Source: Phoronis australis (Eukaryota > Animalia > Phoronida). From it: a stretch of DNA of 64,000 bases. Under the pieces are notes generated by a model. That model made no database searches. It saw only the letters and a program-made list of their open reading frames with translations, and had not been told where the DNA came from. This document shows, piece by piece, positions 25,730 through 39,200 of the stretch (positions are counted from its first letter, which is position 1; every line of letters begins with the position of its first letter). The stretch lies in assembly GCA_002633005.1 (NCBI GenBank), contig NMRA01000588.1, forward strand, positions 62,001 through 126,000, in the 5' to 3' direction. The translations under genes were made by a program, and so were the position numbers.

Positions 25730-26300
25730 TTCCCGCCAAAATGTTATCTCACTAGTGACATAACTTTATGGGTCATTACACGGTTGTATGTGCCATTCGA
25801 GGCTAATATTGTGGTATAAATGCGCTTATGAAACGACAATTTTGATGTGTATTTTTATACCTCATATTGCTAACAGTATTGCTGTTGGGCAGTGTCGTTG
25901 CGTTAGAATCTGAATGCAATGAGTATTATCCAATGCAAAAAGCGTGATTGCGACAAAAACTTAATTCACCTGTTGGCCCTAATTAAAGTGGCATTATCGG
26001 CGAGAAAGGTTTTTTTTTTATAATAGCCTCGTCGCTGATTCGAACCCTGTACCATCACAGTTAAACGCTCTGCCGACCAACCTAAATCATACCGCAAATT
26101 TTGAGCATAGTTAACTAATTGATTTCATATCAAATAAACACAGAAAAACCATAAACCACTGAAATCGAACCACACGAGCACTCTATTTTGAAATATTCCT
26201 GAATTTGAAACAAGTACAGCCGCCTTCTAAAAACACTTATGCTGATACTTAGTTGCGTATATGGTAGCTAGTGTGCGCCCCTAGTTTTGTTGTTGTATAT

Positions 26301-26380
26301 TAAGACCTTTATAGGTAAGATCTTTATAGGTAAGACCTGTATAGGTAAGACCTGTACATTTAAAATCTTCATAGGTAAAC
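26301..26380. repeat. 15-bp tandem repeat x4-5
   Basis: Repeated unit ATAGGTAAGACCT(T/G)T. Confidence 0.8.
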
Positions 26381-27952
26381 TTATGAAGAAGACAGAAGTG
26401 TCAGTGTAGCAATTAAGTTTGGCCCAATGAAAAATAACCCCAGTGACTATTTTTACGAGTGGTTGGCAAGGCACTTACAATTCCAAAGTCAAGTCAGTAG
26501 CGCGGACCACCCTCACTCCTCACTCCTTGGTCGTTGCTAATTACGATAACGTACGACAACACGTAACAGATCGTTTCTCGGATTATTGCAGTCTGGGGCA
26601 GAGGAAAACAATGCCACCACCTCCCAACCTGTGAAACCATTTCCTCCCTTCGTCATGATATGGGAGGACGACTAAGTCGAAAACGATCGAACTTGATAAA
26701 AATTAGACTTTGCAAACACGGGGGTAAACTCGGAAAAAGGATAAATTTCAAGGTGCATTAAATAAAGCACCCTTCTGTAGAGGTTTGCCCTTGAAACACT
26801 TGAGCATCGTTTGTAGGATTTCAAAATTACATAACATAACCTTATCGCACGCCGGACAGCTTCTTTAGATATTCTATTGGGTCTGAAATAGTTCAAGACG
26901 AGATCAGATGTCAAAGTCCTTTACATCTAAAGTTGCAAAATATAAATTAGAGATCTTGTAGTTAGAAAAAGGACTAGGCTTTTGTACTCCCAACGTAAGC
27001 CTATTTGTTTGAAATTTGTCCGAAAAGTCACCCATCACGTGACTTTCCGTGGGATATCCCCGAGCGGAAAGACTCGTAGGCTAAATAGGTCAATTTGCTG
27101 TGACCTATATATCCAACAGGTAAGCAGCAGGTACAGGTAAGATTATTCACTTACTCGGAATCTTTTTACTATGTCGTGTCTTATCAACACCTCAATTCCT
27201 TCGTCAGTGACAAATCGGGGTGCCGCTTACCTGTAGTTACCTGACGTAGATACAAGCATTTGTACCATGTTGTACTAAATTATTCTTGCATGCTGACAAT
27301 ATAAACAGGAGACGCAATATATCGAGACTTGTGTTGCTTGCGAGGTGTATGTTGCCGAGTTTCTCAAGTTTCTTTGCTCATACTCCTTTGAGTTTGGTTT
27401 TGTTGTAGAAATCACAAAAAGTAGTGTCCTTGAATTCTATTTGGATTCGGTCCTTCACCATAAGTTGACAAGTTTTACTTTATCAAGGAGTGGTGTCATA
27501 AGCTACAGTGCTAGGCCTAACGTTTTCAATTAGATGATACACTGTAAGTGCGATTGGTGACCTAGGTTGCCATCGACTTGCTGTTATTAGTTATAGATTG
27601 TTCGGCGTGCCCCAGCATTAGTAACTCACGGATCCGTACATTATTGTTTACGGCTAGTAGCCTACACTGTTTTTGTGTGCTTTTCTATTTGTAAGATCCG
27701 GCTGTTACAAAGGACTTGTTCCGCCTGGTTCTGGTTATCGACATGTGCTTTTCGCGCCCGGTGTAAATTGAAATTTGTATTCAGTTAATTGTATACGCTG
27801 TATATCTCTGCAGATGTGCACAGTGGTTTTGTGGTATCAAGATCACGGGACTTTTTTCCGTGACCACTTCAGCCACCATTGCGGGTACCTCGAAGGTTTG
27901 CATCGTCTTGTAACGCCATGATAGTGCTCAGCAAGTAAATAATCATATTTAA

Positions 27953-28760
27953 AGCTGCACTTCGACAGGTTTATCTGATTAAAAACGAAAATTGGATTAA
28001 TCCGTTCACTCTGGTAAAATGTTCTTTATCGCGATGGGATTCTGTTCCCGGCATCCAACAAGAACATCGAAGCCCGTTCAGCTGCACAAGAAAACCCATC
28101 AGGGTAAATGATGTAGGATACGCATTGTCTAATTAAGTTGCAGGCCAACTCAGCAATAAATCAAAGCGCTTCGATAAAGATCTCGCTGGTTCCCCACGTG
28201 CCTGGCCAGCATGCAGGTGTCACGCAGTGGCACGCGCTTTAGCATTAGTTGATGTAACCTCAGCAGTCATTGGTTAGCCGTTACAACACCGTGAAAAAAT
28301 ATCGGACTGTGAACGATTTTTAGCCCTGCCGTGCAAGTGGCGTCGCAGCAACTATTTCGTTTCTGTAGTGATGTTTAATAGCCGCGTGCTTGAAGCCCTC
28401 TGGCCGATTTAACCGGTGTGTTATTCATACTGTGTGAATTCAGGACAGTATCGTAAACAAAAGTCATCGCCAGTAGAAGATGCACTCCGAAAAGGCGCAT
28501 CCACAATTTCTACGATTCCCATTTCCTAAACATAAATTGTAAGCACCTATTTGTCTGTACAACAGACCACAATTACAATTCAGTCTATAAGTCATGTCAA
28601 AGCGTTGCCTGTTGAGAATTCGACTAGCCAATCAGAAACCCTGGTGTAAAAAAAATCCCGAGGAAAATTAAGTGATACCTGCGTGCTGGCTGCCGCGACC
28701 ACCTAGCGGCACGCAGGGAACCAGCGAGAGATAAAGATTTGACTGGGGCGAAATGCAGCT
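27953..28760. mobile_element. TTAA-flanked MITE (AGCTGCA.TTCG TIR) carrying a nested insertion
   Basis: Ends TTAA|AGCTGCACTTCG...CGAAATGCAGCT|TCAA. The left end is homologous to the reverse complement of ~23300-23387. Confidence 0.6.
28181..28729. mobile_element. MITE with 8-bp TSD (GATAAAGA)
   Basis: TIR TCTCGCTGGTTCCC...GGGAACCAGCGAGA with GATAAAGA at 28173-28180 and 28730-28737. Confidence 0.75.
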
Positions 28761-28769
28761 TCAATTAAT

Positions 28770-31700
28770 GGGGCTATTCGGAGAATTTTCCTCGCGGTGT
28801 CGCTGCTGTACTAGTGGTGATTGAATTGTGCATGCGTCACTGTCTGCATGTAAACAACTGGTAAAAGATGGAATTGTTTACGTCGTCGCGCTAAGCCTTA
28901 TTACAGCTATTTTCTGTGGTGCAAGTCTTCGACAAGTGGCCACAAATTCCCAAAAGACCTAAGGTTACTATATTCGTGGACAATTGCGGTCAAAAGGGTC
29001 AACCAACTGACAAAAAGTGTGTGGATGCTGAAGCCCCTTGTGTACTCTATGCATTTCCATTTACTTGGTAAGTTTTTAGAAATCAGTTTCTATCGACATC
29101 GTTCGGTGATGTTATCCCCACCAGTTACCCCACTGAATAACGGGTTTATTGAGTGGAGCTAAGTGTTTCTTTTCGGAAACTCACCCGGGACTCGGATGCC
29201 GGGTAGGCTAGCAGCCCAATCATATTCATATTGTCCTGTGTGGGATTGCGCCCAATATAAGAGGTGTATGGTACGTGACGCTCAGAGGTCAAGGGTGACT
29301 TTTTCACAGCAGTTTCTCTTCAAAGCTATGCTGTGTCCAATAAACTTCTCTAGATGAATGACTTTCCTTATTTTATAGCAGAAACCACCCCCAGGACTAC
29401 CAGATTAGTTACCGAATTAACATGAATAAGCCTTAATTCAGTAAATGTTGTAACATTGCATTGCAATAAAAATTTACTCATAGAATGAATTTTGCTTGTT
29501 GAGATCAGAAGCACATTTTAAGTGTCATGAAAAATGCACAGTGTTAAATCACTTTTAGCCTTTTTCACATATTTTAATTCAGATATTAAATAAGACTTGG
29601 GTACAAAGATTGTAAGTTTCTACATATAAACATGAAAATGAAACGTCAAGTATGTTCTGCCTTACAGAAGTAGTTTGTCTTGTGTTTTCTTTTATAATTT
29701 GCTAATATTTCTCCCACTATTCTGTTACAGGAGAGAGAGAAAACAACTGAAACCAACCGCCTGACCATCTATTTTACCTTTGGACAACGTGAAAAGCAAT
29801 CCTTCAGCAATAACCTGAGAGAAATGAACCTAATTCAGAAATTCAGCACTTGATATGCCCGATTATGGACTCCATTGCAATGTTGTTTCTTTGTATGTAT
29901 GTATGTGCTTGTTCAGTTTGTCATTTTGTTTTTAAATACACTGATAATTATTTATTCTGGAATCTTGTGCATAGCAGATACTTATCCAGGTAGCTAGTCC
30001 AATTGAAAACATAGTATTACTTTTCTTGCATGTGGAACTTTTGTTCATAGACAAGTTAACACAAACCATAAAATTGTTCAAAGGCCTTTTTGAAAAATTT
30101 CTAAAATAATAACACGCACAAACAAATCAAATGCAAACAAAGGGAGTACTTCATTTTGATCGCTAGACATTTCTATAGGTCAACAGGAAAATGACAATTT
30201 GCAAGCGTATTCGGTAATCACTTCAGCTTTATCAAGAATAAGCACAACTGCACTGTATGGGGCTTTAAAATTTAAGAAATATTGTGGTTTCAATAATTAG
30301 TGACAAACTTGCCTGTTGATTAAAATATATTTGATCATCAAAGTGTAACATTATCGGGCTTTCTACTGACAATAAGACAATCGATGCAGTCACTGAATAT
30401 CATTTCCCCATAACGTGTACGAAATTGAAAAGATTTTACCATTAGTATAAAGCCTTTCTTCTGAAAGGAAAAGTTAATGTCACTCAGTGAGAAAGGACAG
30501 GTATTTATACCAGATGCTTTTGGTTTTCGTTTCACTGGGATCTAGTTTCAATGGCCTATAGGAGAGCTTGTAAAAAGGTCCAGTTTCGGCATGTGACTTT
30601 CTTTCACGTAACCTCATTCAGCCTCAATAACATCCACAATTAGACCTTGAAGGTAAACACAACAGCATATCACTTGAATCGTTTTGTGCACAAAATCGGA
30701 CCCTGAACTAGACCAGAGTGTAACTAGGTCTTCTTTAGCTTCAGTCCCTCATGTTTCTTCCAGGAAAGGAATAAGCTATTGTCCACACACGACTCATTGC
30801 CTATTAAAGGGCATCCTCACCAACAAGGCTCACTTGTGTCGCAGTCAGATATATTTCCTCTTCTTACACAAACAATCCACTGGCACATTGTCTTATGGTA
30901 ACTTAGTACTGCAATTCACATCCAGGGCCACTGACTTCTACATTGTGCCACACTGCTGGTGTGTGGAAGTGCTGTGGGAAGAGAACGGAGTAACAAAGGG
31001 CTATGTTGCGGTTTGAAGTGGCCTTAAAATATTACTGTACCTGGAACAATTATTGAAATAGGAATAATTAAGTACTCCAGGTTGGGTCAAAAATGCTAAC
31101 CCTGTTTTTCAAAAATATGAAATGGTGACTGCTCTACAATTTCACATAAAGTTAAATAATTACTATTTTCAGAAACCAAGGTTGTTTATAATAAGTGTTG
31201 CATAAAACTGCGTCTTTATTTTTCATTCGTAGCCATAACAGTTCTTTAAACGCATCACTTGCCTGCAAAACATACAAGTTTTTTGCGACAACTTCAAACC
31301 TTTTTTACCCATTTTCAAGCATTTTCATTTTTGATACTTTCAGCAATTTTAAACTCCGATTACAGATTCATGGGTCTGTCAAGCATACTTCTAGTCTAAG
31401 GCTGAGGGAACCGTTTCTCAGACTTTTTATTTTTCTTCTAACAGAAGATACGAAGACTTGGGTCATTTAAAAATGATCGATAATCTTTCTGTTGTTTAAC
31501 AATAATTACAAATCGTAAGGCACCATCAAAAATGCAATATTCACAAAAATGGTAGTCATTCGAATTTGTAAGCGACTTGCAACATTTCAGTCACTAAGAA
31601 TTCAGAAAATGTAATATATTTTATGGGTTTACAATTGATAGCAAAACAGTTTCATGAAATAAACTTGAAGGAACTTCAAGCCGGTTAAGAATTACCTTAC

Positions 31701-32541
31701 CATGCTCTTTCCCCCAGGTATGTATTACCTGTTACTTCCACACATTCAGTTTCACCAAATTTTACAACCCCAACCCCCATGCCAATCCCTCGTTAAGGAC
31801 CTGAATAAGTAAATTTAACAAAATGACTTACATATCTTTCTTTAAAAATAGCTGTTCCTTTACAATGGCTTTGTTCGTTGTCTCCGATATAGAAAGTAGG
31901 CTTTGACAACAGATCTGCACTGGATGGGAATTACGATCTTGCTGAGGTACAGAAATCAATTTTTGTCAATTCAGGTACGGTGCAGCCCTAAAACCTAAAA
32001 ACCAAAGGTCACGTGAAAACAGACATGATAGATTTCCTATTTCAACGTGTAATAGATTTCTGGAAGACATATGATAGGGAGTAAAGAAATAGTCTAATGT
32101 AATGCATATTTATCACGTACCCTTTGCCATAGCAATATTAAGTTGAAAGCATAAACATTCAGGATAGATTGATGTAACTGTCACTGATAAACCTGTTAGA
32201 AATCATTCCGAACAATAATAATGCTTTGATGTACGAAAAGATCCCGAGTTTTACGTCAAGTATCGTAACACGCATCACAACAAACAATTGAAGATTAACC
32301 CAACTGGCCACTGCCGCGAAGTCGACATCGGCGAGTACCTCAGTTAACAGGCATCAGTAGAATAAACATGGAATAATCGATAAAATAATCACAAAACTTA
32401 TCTTTGTATAAGATCGTGCTTACTTCCTCTCATAGAAGCACCCTTCTTACGCAATCTCAGATTCCATTGGCACGGCTGCTAGCCATTTCACCACTAATAC
32501 ACGCGAGCCCTCAAGTTATGCTAAATTTTCCGAATAGCCCC
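28770..32541. mobile_element. ISL2EU-type DNA transposon relic (THAP + SAP/YqaJ exonuclease pseudogenes)
   Basis: TIR GGGGCTATTCGGA.AATTT/AAATTTTCCGAATAGCCCC with AT on both flanks. Plus strand: decayed THAP (C KSSTSGHKFPKD...W..AVKR...HF, ~28900-29060). Minus strand: SAP-like LRKKGASMRGSKHDLIQR (~32400-32460) and decayed YqaJ (TPAVWH, SGLFV, GLVGED, LKLKK...VQG, ~30560-31040). Confidence 0.75.
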
Positions 32542-33262
32542 ATGAAGGGTTCATTTACTTGTCTTGAATTCGTTTGTCTACTGATACCATTTCCATTCGT
32601 TCGCGTCGTGACAACAGGCAGCGCCCACGCATACAATATCGAAGATCGATCTACTACTCGGTCAAACTCTTATAGTGCGACAGTCGCTGCCTAAGAGACA
32701 ACCAGTGCCAGATCACTTAGTTATAATTACTGTCGGTATTCGTCAGAACATAGCTTGATAGCGAGTGCAGATCGAGGAGCGTTCATAACACTGCAAATCT
32801 ACGTATACGTCGCTCTTCGTTGCAACCTTTTAATACGTGGAGTATCTGTCTATAGTTTTCAGAATGCTACGAACGTTGGTGTTCTCCACATGCGTTGTTC
32901 TGCTCTGCTGTTGGCTGTACACACCTCTTCCAGACGACTACGAGCAACCTTGGAGAACTCGGATGTTGATGGCCATCTTCAAGCTCGATGGTGCACTGGT
33001 ATGTCAATGAAAGCAGGCACTAACTGCGATGTTTATTGCAGTTAGACTTGCGCCTATGGGACAAAATAAGGTTCTACTGATTCATGACCATTTATTGCTT
33101 TTATGCCTACTTTGTCACTTCAGTTCAAGCAATGCACTTTGTAATAGCGTTCTGTTCTTTTTCAGTACAGTTTCACTCGATCATTTTGTGACATTCTCAA
33201 TTGGAAGTTACCAAATCAGTATGAGTTCATCTTGCTCTCACTGACACAGCCACGGTGTAACT

Positions 33263-36200
33263 ATGGCGACAAGGTAAAGTCAAGCTCTGATGGCTTTGAA
33301 TAATGTGAACTCGCCATTATGTCTACTAGGTGCCAAAGGCAAATTTGTTCTCTCAAAGCAGGGACGTCGTTTCTACCTCCTGGAATTACCCTGACGGTCA
33401 TACAGCTTCGGCTGCTCAACTCACCCGCCGTGGCAATCAATTCTCACGAGGTTATTCTGAAGAAGCAATAATATTTGTTCTTCTCAAGTCTAGAATTTGT
33501 TTTTAATCTGAGTAAGGAACAATTCGAAGACGATTTTGTGACGGTAAGTATCCAAAACTTAAAGTTGTGATTTACAGAAGGTACGGGTTCATGTGCCTTT
33601 AAGACTTCTTCTATCTTGTCTTGAAAAAATCTTGAATACTAAATTTACACGCGTATTCTGAACGTCTTGTCCTTCAGTAGGACTTTGTAGCGCCAAGTTT
33701 CCATCAGTTGTCGACCAGTAAAATATACAATAGTAAACTGTACGGATATAACTCAGTTAAAACCTCAGGAAACGCTTTGTTTATATTTTGATTAGTCATA
33801 AAATAATGTGTAGTTCGGGCTCATTAGACCATAGTAGCTTTAGTGTCAGTCGTGAAGTATTGAATATCAAGACTTGTCTTAGTGCTCCTGAAATTCAACT
33901 TTGCAACTATTTCACACCAGGTGGTGCAATCATCATTCGACGGTGTTGACGTTACTCTCTATAAACCAAGTGATCGACCTGCCAAGTCTAAAGCAGTGGT
34001 ATTTTACCATGGCGGGGGTTGGGTGTGGGAGGATGAAGGTATTTCATATTTCAATAAATAATAACTCTGCTGTCGTGCTATTAAAAAAACGTGATTTTGC
34101 CTTTTGCTGAAAATATCCCCATTTTCCATTCAAACGCAATTCGTAGCATGCAGAGATTATCTTGTGCTTTTCGTTAGTTAGCACTGTTTCGACTGCGATT
34201 TGATAATGGTTGTTGGATTTAGAAAGGGACACTTACAATTCACATGTGAATCCCAGTGACAATTTTATGATACTCTAAGTGTAAGCCCGGCGTATTCGTG
34301 GGAATTTGTGTTATACAGTGTGGCTCAACAAAGCTGTTGGAGTTCTTGAGTGGATTGGGGGTATGCTGTTTCTCTAAACATACCGATTTTCGATTATTAC
34401 CTTGGAAATTAGTAGGCCATTAGACATTAGAGGCACATTGCAAGTCTCTAACGTGAAAGAGGAATTACGCTAAAGGACAGCGTAACTGCAAATCCTACAA
34501 AAATCGAAAGGCAACATTATCGTACCTTTTCATGCCAAAAAATGAGATTCTTTTCATAATTTCACAGCCATTTTGAACTTTTGCTGTAGTGCCAAGTCTA
34601 CATGCTTTTTAAGAAAGATGGAAATTACTGAAATTAGTACTAGCTAAAGTGCATACGGAATGAAACAAAACCAGGACTACCCCCAGGTACTTATCTGCTG
34701 TAGATTTTATTTCTCGAAATACTACAGCGCCCTCTCTTTTTCTGTGGTAAATACCCAGAATGCAGGAAATTCCTAGGACAGTTGAATAATGTTGACATTG
34801 AAGTTACAACGCAGAAATAAAAATGAACACCTCGGTGAGGCGTGGCAAAATGCCTTTATCTTGTCCGATTCAGTTCCGAAATGTATTATTGGCTCAACAT
34901 TTTGAAAATTAAGTCAATTATACAATGCGTTTTTCTATCAAATAAAGATCAATGATTTCGAAATGTGTGTAACACGTATGAACAAATTATAAACTCTTTT
35001 AAATGAGAACAAAAATATAGAGATAAAGGTGCAAGTTTTGTTCCATACACTAAACCAAATAACCACGTGCCCCTAGCCACAAAACACTGTGAACACTATT
35101 TTAAGACAATGCCTTGAATACTTGTGATGGATATGACATGTCAGCGGTTGCGGCAACCCTAGTATTGCGACTGGGTTCTGGAAATTATGGCACACTTTTG
35201 ATCAAGCAAAAGTATTTTGCTTCATTTATTTCACTCTGCATGTCTTTTATTTGGTTGTTGTGCTGTTAAAGAAGCAGTTGACGGGATTATTAGCATTAAC
35301 TGCCATGGCAGCAATTTCGTATTTTCAAATTTCTGCTACCCGGTTTGACATATCATCCATCAGTGTTTGTTTTTAGTAGATGATTTATACAAATCATTTG
35401 CACTAGATGTACGCAGCTTTCTTCTATTTTCATTGAAAGGCTATTTCAATGTCTCTCTACATGGGTTGCCACAGCAACCATTTTTAGATTATCATTTTTT
35501 TTCTAAGCACTTTATGTAGTTCAAAATGTCTTCGGTATGTGGTGTGTGCATCTTACTACACTTATGCGATACCTGGTTACCAAGCTTGGCTACTCACCTG
35601 TGTTTCAAGGCGAAGTCACCAAATATACTTTGGGCATGATTGTCTAATAGCTCACCTTCCAGTTATTCATTGTGACGTCACCGGAAGTAGGGAAAAACCT
35701 GCCTTATTGCCCTTGTTTTGCCTCAAGTCTTTGCTACACTCTCTAAATCTTACTGGAGTTTTTATGGAGAATTTTACACTTAAAACATTAACACAACTTC
35801 AGAGATGTAGATGGATCGTGGAATAACTGTGAACGGACGAAGAAAAAGTGAACTTATTATGTTGTGCGAAGCTGTGAACGGACTGAAATTGGAACTCGAC
35901 CCGGGCTAGGCATGAATGCCGCTGGCAAACAGGGGCGATAATATTTGCCCATAAAAAGTTACTCATTTCAAAATACAGCAAATAAAATCAAGTGAAACAT
36001 GTTTATGTGCACATGGAGTTATAATTAACACATACCCTGACTGGATACAATTTAGTCAACAAATAACTTGAACATATCCATTAAAACTTCGCGGTTCGCT
36101 GGAGTTTCTCTCACCGGGCGCCATTTTGAGAGAGTTGCCTGACATCACGCCTGTTGACGAACAAAAAGTCTAAGGGACACAAACCTTACAAATTTATCTT

Positions 36201-39200
36201 GATATCTTTCCATGCTATTTTGAAAGTGTCACGCGGTACCGCCAGCCTCCCGTTCAGTAACGCTAGGACCTCGCTAAAAAGCAAGACTTCGCGAGAATAC
36301 GGGAAACATTGCCGTGTATTTTAAACTGAACGAGAGCAGATGACTTAAACTAGATTTTAGCTAGGTCCTAGCGTAGATCCTAGCGCTACTGACCGCACGA
36401 CTGCAGGTCACGCGCTTTCCTCAGTCTCGCGCTAGCCTTTGCCTCATGCTCACCTGCGCGCGGGCGAAAAAGTTAACAGTAACTAAAAAGTGGAGTTTGA
36501 ATTCTTCCCCAAAGTCACCTGAATTCTCGTAGCTGTGCTTCATCGAGGATATGTTTAGAAGCAGAAAGGATTACTGAAGAAAGTAAGCACCTTTTTAACT
36601 GATTGTTTTAAGTGTAGAATGTATTTTTGAGGTGAAAACTTAATCAGTTTAAAATACACGGACGAAATTAGTACAGAACCCGATGGGACGTATTGTAGTG
36701 CGAGTCTGAATTACCTTCGCCATAACAGCAATGCTTGTTTGGCATTTTTCACTTCAAAAGATCAAAAACTCGAAGTAAACTGGACAGAATACACTCTGCT
36801 ACCGTATAGGGCAAATGGCCAAACGATAAGCTTTTGCCCTACTTCCCGTGACGTCACAGTTAAGTCTCACATAATCTCGCGTTATTGTTATTAACTCGCA
36901 AAAGGGCTATTCTAACAGGATTGCCATCAAATCTTAAATTCGTGATCTTGACTGTCAAAGTACCAGATTACCATGGTAACGATACTCAATTCAGCTACAA
37001 AACACCCCAAATTTTCAACAAATTATCAAGTACATGTACTTGGGCATGATTGCCTGCTTCAAAAATATATTTACCCTAAAAACCTGAAATTTTTTATTTT
37101 TGTTGGTAAATATCTGGTCACCATGGCAATGGTACAAATGTCACCTTGACACCCCCTCCTCTTAAGTTTCAAGACAGGGACACTATAAGTGCTTTGAGAA
37201 TTGGTGCTTGCTTCTAATAGGCTGACTAAGAGTGATAAATTTTGTAGAGTTTCTGAGCGGAATTGCTCGATTTTTTAAGGACCTGTATCCGATGAGATTT
37301 ATATCATTCGACAAGGATGTATTGTACGCCACATTTAAGTTTAGTTTGAGTGATAGAATGAAAGATTAAGCCCTTGTACTATTCGTTAACTTGGATGATG
37401 GAATCAAACATAAAGCCCTTGTAATATTGGTTGCAGGATACTACTCATGCTTCCTGTGGGAAATAGCGCAAAGAACGTCATCCCTTGTGGTATCTGTACG
37501 GTACGGTGCCTACATAGGCTTTTGATCAATGTACTTTTAACAATACATCTACTATCCATGGGCGTCGCACCATAGGGGCTGAGGGCTACAGCCCCCCCCC
37601 CCCCCCACTTTTGCCAGTGCTGCGCCGCCCATCACATCATAATGGGCAAGTGCCTTATATTCGTCCTTTCGACTGCAACTGAAGAAACGTGAGCTGTTAT
37701 CACGATCCAGATGATATATTGCCTTTCTCGTAGCATGTACTGACGTCAAGTCTGGATTAGTGATTGAAACTGATCAAGACTTGATTTGTACCAGTTTTTG
37801 TGGTTCGTAATGTTTTGTGGAGAATGATGAAGGTTGCACTGTCCTGGTAAGGGTTCTGCTATTTGGCAAACATTACTCGGCCACAGGTAAGAGTTTGATT
37901 GCCATCTCTAGTGCTTTTGCAATTGTACCTTGAATTTACAGGTACCGTCTGGCACCAACACACGTGTTCCCAGCTGGTCTAGACGATTGTGTTAGAGCCA
38001 CCGAGCATTTCATAAACAACGCTGCCAAGTACAACGTGGACTCCAGAAAGGTTGTGGTTGCTGGTACGTATTGTGTAGGCATATCATCGTCATTTGACTT
38101 ACGCACACGTTAACGTGTTATATATTGAGTGCCGGGTGAACTATGACGACACTCTCAGGGAAATCAGGAGAATTATAGAAAGTCTTTCTTTACCCGATTT
38201 AACCAATGTATACAATTTTCGTTAATACATACAGTACAGTGGCGTACATGAAGTAATATCCCGCGAGACATTATTCCGCGTATCGACCGAGACCTTCTTG
38301 TGTTTATCCCATGCGCTTCGAATACCTAAATTTCTTAAATTTTTTCGGCAGATTTTTCAAATACTTCACTCAGACTGTTCACATGGCGGATCACATCCTA
38401 CTTGCGCGTTAGGTTGCAAGTTTTCTTTTGTAAAAGAAACAGTTTTAAAAGTAACGATTTATTTCTTGAAAAGAGGTAGAAAAGATGAAAACAACGGCAA
38501 CTGTGCAGTGAACTTGTAACATCTCCTGGAAATAGTTAAAAACCAACAATATTTGATACTTTAGTTTCCTTGGAATCGGCGCCTGCGTTGCAGACGATAG
38601 TATTCAGCAACTGAAAATTGAGACATAAGTGTCTTATAATTAACAGTTTTGTTCCAGATTTTACGTTTAGGGCCTGGTTGCATGTCGAGTGTTAGTTACG
38701 CTGCTGCAACTGTATTACTTTAAACTATATTTGAAAAGTTTGATGATCGAACCGGCTGAAAACGTCGAGTCGACATTGACCTACCTTTTGAACTTTCCAT
38801 GTCAGATGTCGCTGTTGAAGTAATGCGGGAGGTGGATACGCAAAACTTTATTACATGGCCGTATTACCCTCGACAGATTCAACAGGTATAGGATAACATA
38901 AACTATTTTTATGCGCAAAACATATTGGACATTCAATGGTCTTTTCGTTCTTAAGCGATATTTTGGACGTTTGAAAACTACTTTATACCGGCCCGCGTGC
39001 TGTCCAAGAAACGAACTTAGTTTTAGACCACTTAGCTATTAAATGGGTCTTAACTTCTTCCTTAATCGGAAGAGCAGTGACACGTGGGTTTATAAGAAGT
39101 TGGTAGTTTGTTATAATTGTTCTATACTATGCTAGACGCATAAAGCGACACGCCGTGACGAGCCATCTTGTAGAATATGGTCTAAAGTAACGTCCTTTTC

